A DNA stretch of 42,472 nt from Octopus sinensis. Its lineage: Eukaryota. A program made the position numbers and the translations under genes. Below are positions 26,345-37,501 of the stretch, piece after piece. The notes under the pieces were generated by a model. The model was not told the origin of the DNA. It did not search any database and worked only from the letters and a program-made list of their open reading frames with translations. The stretch is taken from contig NW_021835188.1 in the NCBI RefSeq assembly GCF_006345805.1, positions 1-42,472 of the forward strand, given 5' to 3'. Positions within the stretch are counted from its first letter, which is position 1. Every line of letters begins with the position of its first letter.

Positions 26345-28920
26345 CAGACGACCACTCCTTTCGCTCTGTTTTTTTTTCTCTGGATTGTGTCTAGCCTTGC
26401 CATACAACGTGCCATGCCCACATCGCCTGAGGAAGGCTTTAAAGGTATCTGTATCTATAGAGCCCCGCATCCCTCTCTCTTAAACGTCAAGTTTCGCTTT
26501 GGCGAATAGGAATTCATCGTTGAAATCGACGGAGAACCCACCGGGTGAACACGTGGGGAGGAAATGAAATGAAGAAATGCTGTGGGATATGAGGGAAGTG
26601 CAAGAGAAAGGAAGGAAGGAAAGAAGGAAGGAAGGAAAGAAGGGAGGAAGGAAGGAAGGGAGGGAGGAAGGTAGGAAGGAAGGGAGGAAGGAAGGGAGGA
26701 AGGAAGGAAGGAAGGAAGGAAGGAAGGAAGGGAGGAAGGAAGGAAGGAAGGAAGGAGAGAAGGAAGAGGGAGAAGGAAGGAAGGAAGGAAGAGAAGAAGG
26801 GAGGAAGAGGAAGGAGGGAGGAGGAAGGAAGGAAGGGAGGGAGGAGGAGGAAGGAAGGGAGGAAGAAGGAGGAAGAAGGAAGAGAGGAGGAAGGAAGGAA
26901 GAAGGAGGAAGGAAGGAGGAGGAAGGAGGGAGGAAGGAAGGAAGGAAGGAAGGAACGGAGGAAGGAAGGAAGGAAGGAAGGAAGGAGGAGGAAGGAAGGA
27001 AGGAAGGAGGAAGGAAGGAGGAAGGAAGGAAGGAAGGAAGGAAGGAAGGAGGAACGGAGAAGGAAGGAAGGAAGGAGGAAGGAGGGGGAAGGAAGGGAGG
27101 GAAGGAAGGAGGAAGGAAGGAGGAGGAACGGAAGTAAGTGAGGAAGGAAGGAAGGAAGGACGGAGGGAAGGAAGGAGGAAGAAGGAGGGAAGGAAGGACG
27201 GAAGGAAGAGGGGAAGGAAGGAAGGAAGGAAGGGAGTGGAAGGATGGAAGGAGGGAAGGAAGGAAGGAAGGAAGGAAGAAGAAAGGAAGGAAGAAGAAAG
27301 AAAGAAAGAAAGAAAGAAAGGAAGAAAGGAAGGAAGGAAGGAAGGAAGGAAGGAAGGCGCCATTAGTGGACCAGAAATATGAAGTTGAAAATGGGCGAAA
27401 GAAAGACACAAGTTAAGAACTGGGAAGGAAGGTTGTAAGATGATATGGCGAAGATAAAGAAAAGGCGAAGAGCCCCAATAAAGAGAGAAAACGGGCGAAA
27501 ATGCTAATTTTTTGATCAGGTACAAGGCCATATGTCTGAGGAAAGGAATCATGGGATTTTGTGATGCTCATGCATTTCCAAATATCATTAATGGCATAAA
27601 TTAAAGGGAGAGTTTATCAACGGTAAATGAAATAACAGAAGAGAGAAAAATTAAAACATTAAGTAGGGTTTGTCGCGGATCGGAAGAGGTGACCGTCTGG
27701 AAGGGATGTTCTCATAAGCGCAGGAGCGGCTGTGTGGTAAGTAGCTTGCCTACCAACCACATGGTTCTCGGTTCAGTCCCACTGCGTGGCATCTTGGGCA
27801 AGTGTCTTCTGCTATAGCCTCGGGTCGACCAAAGCCTTGTGAGTGGATTTGGTAGACGGAAACTCAAAGAAGCCCGTCGTATACATGTATATATATATAT
27901 TTGTGTGTATATGTTTGTGTGTCTGTGTTTACGTCCCCCTAACATCGTGTGTGTGTGTGGTGTGTGTGTGAAGGTGGCGAGCTGGCAGAAACGTTAGCAC
28001 GCCGGACGAAATGCGTAGCCGTATTTCGTCTGCTGTTACGTTCTGAGTTCAAATTTCGCTTGACAACCTATGCTGGTGTGTTTACGTCCCCGTCACTTAG
28101 CGGTTCGGCAAAAGAAGACCGATAGAATAAGTACTGGGCTTACAAAGAATAAGTCCCGGGGTCGATTTGCTCGACTAAATGTGGTGCTCCAGCATGGCCA
28201 CAGTCAAATGACTGAAACAAATAAAAGAGTAACCTTTAATAAACGAAATTCAGAATTAACGTATTACCTTCTACGAATACTTTGGTTTTTGCTGTTGTTT
28301 CGTCAAAGTTTTTTCCTTTGATGGTTAACAAAGTACCTCCCAGAACACTGCCTTGTCGGGGCTCCACCGATTCAATTTCTGAAAAGGGCCGAAAAGGGCC
28401 GAGAACATGAAATTCTGAAAGGTTCCACAATAATTTCAATGGCCTATATATCAAATGCCATACACACACACACGCATACATACACGCACGCACGCACACG
28501 AGTGCGTGCACACACACATACACACATACGCACATGCATACATGCGCACACACACATGCACACGCACACACACACGCACACACACACATGCACGCACTCA
28601 CATACACATACACGTGCACACACATACGCACACACACGCACACACACATACGCACGCACACACGCACGCGCACACACATGCACACACACACATACGCACA
28701 CACATAGACTTGCACACGCACATGCACACATACACACACACACACGCACACACATACGCTGACGCATACACATGCACACACACGCGCACACACACTCACA
28801 CACATACGCACACACATAGACTTGCGCACACACACGCACACACACACGCACACACACACGCACACACACTTACGCACACACAGACATACGCTGACACATA
28901 CACATGCACACACGCGCGCA

Positions 28921-28951
<31 letters not shown>

Positions 28952-31900
28952 CACAATATTATATATGTAATTTTTAACACTACATATTTACCCGCATAAG
29001 TCTGTACTAGAAACAGTTTTCCTGCTCGACTCAAGAAGAATTTGTCGTCTCTCACTCGCGATCTAAAAAAAAACAAATTTCATACATTTTACATTTCTAT
29101 TCTTACCCTATTTCTGTTGTGCCCGGGGAGAGCCATTCTCTTTTGGTGCCTCATAATTTGACACACGCACCGGTAAAATTTCCACTCATTTCTTATTTTT
29201 ATTTTCCTGAAGAGTTCGTTGCGTCTTGCAACCTTTCCAATAGTCTTGACTCTGTCCATTATTTACACTGCGTTCCCTTTTGCTTGTTAGTGCGCATGTG
29301 TGTGGGTCAGTGTGTGTGTTGTGTGTGTGTATGTGTGTGTGCATACACATGCATGTGTGTGCGTATGCATGTACGTTTGTGTGCATATGTATATATGTAT
29401 GTACGTGTGTATACTTGTATATATGTCACCGTGACCGACTAGGCTATCAGATGTTGCTACACATCGCTGGTCACAATGCGCTTCGCATTGTTTTAGCCTT
29501 CAAACGACGCCACCCCGCTGGCTAAGCGAGCAGGCTAACAGAAGAAAGAGTGAGAGAAAGTTGTGGCGAAAGAGTACAGCAGGGATCGCCACCCACCCCC
29601 TGCCGGAGCCTCGTGGAGCTTTAGGTGTTTTCGCTCAATAAACACTCACAACGCCCGGTCTGGGTATCGAAACCGCGATCTTCCGACCGCGAGTCCGCTG
29701 CCCTAACCACTTAACCATTGCGCCTCCCACTTAACCTGAACTTGTATGTATGTATTCTGCATATTCATGTGTTTGCATAGAATAAAATAGAAATAAAAAT
29801 GAAATAAGATAAAATAAAAGACTGGTGTTACGCTTCGATGAATCCAAGCAATAACGGTAACTAACATTAAGTTTGGATGGAATTAACGGACGTTCTACTC
29901 CAGTGATTTTCAACCAGGGTTCCGCCAATACAGTCCAGGGGTTCCGCAAGAAGTTACAAAACTGATAAAATCGACAGTAATTTTTAATTCTCCTGTGCAG
30001 ATATGTGTGCATAAAAATATTAAGTTATTGCACAGGGGTTCCTCGAGCCAGGGGAATGTTTCCTTGGGGTTCCACTCCAGCAAAAAGTTTGAAAAGCACT
30101 GTTCTACTTATTAATATAACATACGATAATAATAATAATATGGATGTTTTCGGTTTGAACGGCAGTTTTTTCTAGCGGTGTCATATGAAATTGTCACCCA
30201 TAATTATGACCCTAGTATCGATCTATTGCATTTCAATCTGTTTTAGGGTTAGGGGTGGGGGGAAGGGTGTCTTTTTTTCTTCACAAATGTAAATAAACCC
30301 AATCTGTTTCTTAAACGAGGGACATATTCATACGGCACAGAATAAGTTAGTGAAATATTTTTAAATGTTTACAGTTGGAAAGATAGACAAATATAACAAA
30401 ATAATTTGATAAAAAACGTGAATTTTTAATTATTTTCTGAGATTTTACAAAAACAACAAAAATATTTTTTAATTGGACGTCAGTGATTGGTTGAAATTGC
30501 AGAAATTGAAGAAAAAACAACAAATATCTTACAAACTATAGAATTTTCTCAATAAAGCCAAGAGAAAAAGATGTTTTATAAACACATTCTACCAGTATAC
30601 GAAGTTTAAAATTTTTTAGTTACCTAGAAATTATGTTAAAAACTGCCGGTCAAACCGAAAAGATCCAATAATATAATCCATAGATGTAGCTATATAATCC
30701 ATAAACGTAGCTTTCGGCCGACAGGACAAAGGAAATAAAATGTGATAAGCAAACGTTAGATGGAAACTTACCTGCCGAAGGGTCCATTGATTATGAAACT
30801 GGTGTTGAAACTTCCTGCAAGATAAATGTAACCGTGAATTTGTCAAAAGTCATGTTAACGAAAAGGGGTCCTAGAATATACGGGCAAACCCACATAACCA
30901 CTGAAGACATTCTAAAGGGAGCCAGCACAAGATTTAAGGCAACTCCAAATACGTGTTTCTGTCGTAATAGGCGTTATCAGCACAGCAATTATCTCATCAG
31001 ACGAGACACAGAGATATATACAAAAAAATTACACATTTATGTTCTGGGTAATTTATACAGACGAAACAAAAATGAGCCACGAGGAATAACGCAAAATGGC
31101 GACTGGTATGTATTTGAATGGCAAAGAAGAATAAGGGACATGTCGGGTTTTGGATCATTCTTGATTCTTGAAATCATCTTTCCTTCTCGTTTGGAATTGG
31201 TACGAATTGCCACCGAGCGATTAGTCTACCATCTCTGGAAGCGGTTATATTTTCTTAGGAAACATACAGAAATAGGCGCAGGAGTGGCTGTGTGGTAAGT
31301 AGCTTGCCTACCAACCACATGGTTCTGGGTTCAGTCCCACTGCGTGGCATCTTGGGCAAGTGTCTTCTGCTATAGCCTCGGGCCGACCAATGCCTTGTGA
31401 GTGGATTTGGTAGACGGAAACTGAAAGAAGCTTGTCGTATATATGTATATATATGCGTGTGTGTATGTGTTTGTGTGTCTGTGTTTGTCCCCCTAGCATT
31501 GCTTGACAACCGATGCTGGTGTGTTTACGTCCCCGTCACTTAGCGGTTCGGCAAAAGAGACCGATAGAATAAGTACTGGGCTTACAAAGAATAAGTCCCG
31601 GGGTCGATTTGCTCGACTAAAGGCGGTGCTCCAGCATGGCCGCAGTCAAATGACTGAAACAAGTTAAAGAGTAAAAGAGTAAATGGCTTTCTCTTGCTTT
31701 CTGCTGGTCTACTTAGTTTACCCTGCTAGTTTCTTGTTCTTCCACAGCTTACTCCCTCGAGGCATAGGACCTTTTTTATGCCTTCAGCAGAAGCACTGGT
31801 CCACGTAGCACCAGGGCATGTCCGCATCCTGGTTAGGCCTGTATGACACATACCTAGGAGCCAGACATATGCCTCAGTTACAGGACCATTTTCTGCTATT

Positions 31901-32306
31901 TCACCCATAATCGGGGATCCTCATAGGTACAACAATCTAGGGCCAAGGTGCACCTGGGAGGAGGAGAGAGTACGGGACAATCCTATACTCGCACAGCACA
32001 ATTGTTCTAAACTCTTGAGCAGGACTCTCAGTACCAGATGCAGTTTAATGCCTTGCCCATGACCGTTGTGTTTGTGTGTGTGTGTGTGTGTGTTAACGGG
32101 GTGCATACATAATTATTTGAAACAGAAATAATTCCACTTACCAACAAAGGTGCCTTGCATCTTGCACTTAATAAATCCCCAGTCACCATTGGTCAGTTTA
32201 GTTCCATAACTTCAAAACAGTAATCCATATCTTTGATAATATGTATTAGGCACGTATACACACACACACCACACACACACACACCACACACACACACACC
32301 ACACAT

Positions 32307-32354
<48 letters not shown>

Positions 32355-32532
32355 ATATATCTACATATATACGACGGGCTTCTTTCAGTTTCCGTCTACC
32401 AAATCCACTCACAAGGGTTTGGTCGGTCCGAGGCTACAGTAGAAAGACATTGCCCAAGGTGCCACACAGTGGGACTGAACCCAGAACCATGTGTTGGTAA
32501 AAGCTACTTACCACACAGCCACTCCTGCACCA

Positions 32533-32584
<52 letters not shown>

Positions 32585-32669
32585 TATAAATATACATATA
32601 TAAATATAATATAAATATATATATATATAAATATACATACATAATATATATATAATATATTATATATAT

Positions 32670-32755
<86 letters not shown>

Positions 32756-33210
32756 CGTATGCGGAAACCACAGCTGACAGATCGTAAAGATGTATCTATT
32801 AAATAGTTTTCTGTACCAATGCGTCTTTTGCTTTGTTTTGGGGGAGGAAACTTTATCAAATAAACTAAAGGACTCAGTTTAGTCGATTCATTAAACTTTT
32901 TTCTGAAGAAAAGAAATTCTGTTCACATTTCACAAACCATGAGTATTATCAACAATAATAATAATAATCCTTTCTGCTATAGGCACAAAGCCTGGAATGT
33001 GTGGGGAGGGGACAGTCGATCACATTGACCCCCCCCCCCAGTACTCTAGTGGTACTTAATTAATTTATCGATCTCGAAAGGATGAAAGGCAAAGTCGACC
33101 TCGGCGGAATTTGAACTCAGAACGTAATGACGGACGAAATGTCGCTAAGCATTTTGCCCGGCGTGCTAATGATTCTGCCAGCACGCCGCCTTGATAATAA
33201 TGATGATGAC

Positions 33211-33254
<44 letters not shown>

Positions 33255-36200
33255 GATAAGTCTAGTACTGTACAAGCATACTTAAACTGGAGACAGAAAC
33301 ACCCTGAAGTAAGACCCTACATAGACAGTAACAGCTTGCCAATGTTAGAAGAAACATTATAAAAAAGAAATTACTGAAGTAAGTAGGATTGATCAGGTTA
33401 GACAAGCAATACCGGATAAAATGAACGAAGCTGCAGCTAGAGAAGATAATACAGAGGAAATGATTATAGACCAGCCCAGGGCGGATAAAAACGAAGAGAG
33501 GATTGAAAGAGTTAGTATAAGTGATAGGCAAAGTGAAATACGCCTGAACCAATCATAAACACTAAGACAGATGAGCATCAAATAGATAAAGAAAGTCACA
33601 CAAATATTGACCCCAACAGAACTACATGAGCTAAAAAATCAAATCATGATTGAATGGCTGAAAATTAAAGAAACCACATGGATGAGCGTGATACACTTCC
33701 TAAAATCCGCAACTCTAACCAAAACATGAAAATAATTGGTAAAATCCGGCTTGCACTTAAGGATATAATTTCAGTTAATGATGTTGATATCACAAACCTC
33801 AACCACTATACTATGCATCCGCGAAAATCTCAACGATCCTATGTGTGTAAAGATTAGAAAACGGCAACAGTCCCAAAAAGCCTTCTTGGCAGAGCGTCTG
33901 CAACAACAAATTAAAGTATTTAGATCTGACATTGAATATTGAAAAACCTTAAGGCTCACAAGACTACCAAACCTACAAAAACCCAAAAATTACTGAAAAA
34001 ATACAATATGAAAACTATACTTGATATTGATGCCACCATAGAAACCATCAAACAAAAGGTATCTGCCAAAGCTGCCCGCATAGCGAGGTATGAAAAGCGT
34101 GTAGATTTTTCAAGGACAACAACATGTTCAAAAATAACACCAAGAATTTTTACAGGAAGATAGGAAAAAACAGCGTTTACTGCAGGGTCTGTACCATCAA
34201 AAGAAGAAGTGCAGAGATTTTGGAATAAAATCTGGGCAGAGAAAAAAACACACAACGAAAAGGCCCCCTGGATTGACAGAATATCTACAGAACTGGACCC
34301 CTTAGAAGAGCAAAAGTGGAGGGTGTCAAGGTAGAAGATATAGATCTGCTCTCAGGAGGTCAAGCAAATGGAAGTCTCCAGGAAAGGATAAAATTCCTAA
34401 CTTCTGGCTGAATGCCTTCCCAGAGAGCCATGAACTGCTAACAGAACTGTACAATGATGTTTTGCAACACCCTAGTAGGATGCCTCCTTGGCTAGTTAAT
34501 GGGTTAACATTCCTGCTTCCAAAAGTGAAGAAACAAATGAACCAAAAAACTATAGACCCATAACCTGCTTAACAACTATGTACAAAACACCTAACATCTG
34601 TCCTGACGGATATACCTATAGTTTTTTAAACAGACAGCAGCATATTCCCTAATGAACAGAAAGGATGTAAACGTGGATCCTACGGCTGTAAAGACCAACT
34701 ACTCATCAATAAGATGATCTTAGAAGATTGTCACAAACGACACAAAAACTTATCAATAGCCTGGATAGACTATAAAAAGGCTTTTGATAGCCTACCACAT
34801 AGCTGGATTAGGAAATGCCTTGAAATGTATAAGATAGCACCAACTCTGCGAAACTTCTTGACTGTAAGTATGAGATCATGGAGAACCACACTAACTCTGA
34901 ACAGTGACAGTGAATCCCTAAATGCTGGTGATGTAAAAATTTCGTGTGGCATTTTCCAGGGTGACTCACTGTCACCACTCCTCTTTTGTTTATCCTTAAT
35001 ACCTCTCTCAGCTGCTCAATGACGCGCAGTACGGGTATAAAATGTTTGATAAAATATAAATCATCTCGTTTACATGGATGATTTAAAGCTTTTTGCAAAA
35101 AATGATCAACAACTCAAGGCTTACTAGCGATAGTCAAACAATTCAGTGACGACATCAGAATGCAATTCGGCCTCGATAAATGTGCAAAGGCTACCTTTAT
35201 CAAAGGAAAAATGACAGAAACATCTAACGTTAAACCTTGACCAACAGAATGTCATAAAAGAACTAGACCCAGCGGAGAGCTACAAGTACCTAGGGGTAAT
35301 TGAAGGGAACGGAATAAGGCATTCAGAGAGATGAAGGAAAGGATCAGGAGAGAATGCTATCGAAGAGTGAGAGCAATACTCAAGACAGAGCTGAATGCAA
35401 GAAACAGGATCGAAGCAATCAATGCATTAGCTATACCAGTCGTGACTTACAGTTTCAATATTGTTAACTGGTCAATTACTGAAATATGTCAGCTCGACAG
35501 AAAATAAGGAAACTGTTGACAATGCATAGAATGCACCACGCTAAGGCAGATACAGAACGACTCTATCTGCCAAGAAAAGAGGGAGGCCGTGGTCTTTTGC
35601 AACTGGCAATAACAATGAAGATTGCTACAATTGGCCTAGACACCTACCTGAAAAACTCTGAGGACTGGATGTTAAAACTTGTCTCAAAACATGAAAACAA
35701 GAAAGCATCATACTCAGTCACAAAACAGGCAAAGGAATATCTAAGTGAATTCCGAATACAACCAATTTCGGAATTAGAGATAGACATACAAGAAACAAGC
35801 ACAGAAAAAGCTAGGCGCATGAAAACCCGTGCAAAACTGCGGCCTTAGATATTCTGAAAATAAATGGCAAGAAAAACCTCTCTATGGCAAATACCCAAAG
35901 AGAGCGAATAATGCAGATATCGACAAAGCCCTGACCCATCAATGGCTAATGGCCTCTGGCTTAAAATCTGAAACAGAGGGGTTTATCATAGCAGCTCAAG
36001 ATCAATGCCTACCAACAAGAAACTACCAGGCCAACATATTAAAGATCAGAAGCAGTCCAACGTGTCGTGTATGCAAGCAACAAAATGAAACCATTGACCA
36101 TGTGGTCTCCAAGTGCAGTCTCTTCTAGCGCCTACAGAGTATCTCAACAGGCACGATAGAGCTGCACAATATATTCACTGGGTAATCTGTAAAAACCTGG

Positions 36201-36851
36201 ATTTGCCCCATGAAAAAAACTGGTGGGAACACAACCACCCCCAGTGCTTGAAAATGACCACATCTCACTCCTCTGGAACTTCACCATTCAAACTGACAGG
36301 AAGATAGATGCAAATAGGCCAGACATCATATTGAAAGACTTCAAACAAAGAACATGCCTCCTCATTGATATGACTGTCCCAATCGATATAAACGTATCTG
36401 TCAGAACCTACCAAAAACTGAGCAAATATAAAGATCTTGAAATAGAAATCAGCAAAATGTGGAAGCTGAAGACTAAAACAATACCTGTTGTCATAGGTGC
36501 CCTGGGAATGATAGCAAAAGGGGCTGATAGCTACCTAACTCAGATACCAGGAAACCCCAAAATGGCAGAAGTTCAAAAGATAGTGCTCATGGGAACTGCT
36601 CATATCCTACGCAAAATACTCTCTATGTAACCTCAAGGTTTAAAACAAACATAATTTTCGGTTTATTTAAAAAAAAAAAAAAAAAAAAAAAACTTTTTTT
36701 TTTAGACATTCATTAGTACAAAATCCCCACCCCCCAAATATATGGCACACTAGGCATAACAACAACATGAACTTCCAACCCTGTTGTCTCTTGAGGTTCT
36801 GGGTGAGACTTGGAGCCAACTTGTACAAATATAAAGCAAAAGTCAAACATA

Positions 36852-36896
<45 letters not shown>

Positions 36897-37440
36897 CAAC
36901 AACAACAACAACAACAACAAAACAATAATAATAATAACAATAACAATAACAATAATAATAATAATAATGTCTTGGTATAAAAGATGGGCTACAACAAATA
37001 TTCTGCTCAATACCACAGATTTGCTTGTCAGTTGTTTGACCTTAACCAGTTTGAGAAGTCCCTTAGTGGCTGACGATATGTGCATCTCTGATCACGTGCA
37101 GAAGTAGTGGGGGAGCATCATAGCCATGTGTTGAGAGGGATTCTTTGGGGTTTGAATAATTCACCTCTGGAAACATGGGTGGTTCATTCAACATCCTTAA
37201 ACAACCCTTATTCAGGGACCGTTTGAGTGGGATGGGTTACTCGACCAGAAGAACATTCGAACTGGGCCCCACCTGCAAGGTCATGCGCTGTTTATCTTGA
37301 TATGAGATCACTATGTCGCGCACTTATGGTTGTGATGCATGTGCCTGGTGTACCCTTATCAGACGGGTAGTTATGATGGGTATACTGGGCTTCGTATATT
37401 TTACCCCAGTGTCACTTTGATGGCATGCACTGCTCTCTCA

Positions 37441-37501
<61 letters not shown>

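Noticed and set aside
26455-27552. 365-aa PSFL-repeat and GRKE-repeat ORFs
   Set aside because: (GGAA)n microsatellite translation
30945-31000. Minus-strand CTGATGA...GAAAC motif
   Set aside because: Stems I, II and III do not pair
30834-31298. 154-aa plus-strand ORF, and a WVIYTDETK string in another frame suggestive of Tc1 transposase
   Set aside because: No recognisable domain, it ends in a SINE, and a single short motif is insufficient
31684-32070. GC-richer island with coding-like composition
   Set aside because: Stops interrupt the frames I translated and I recognise no motif; left unassigned
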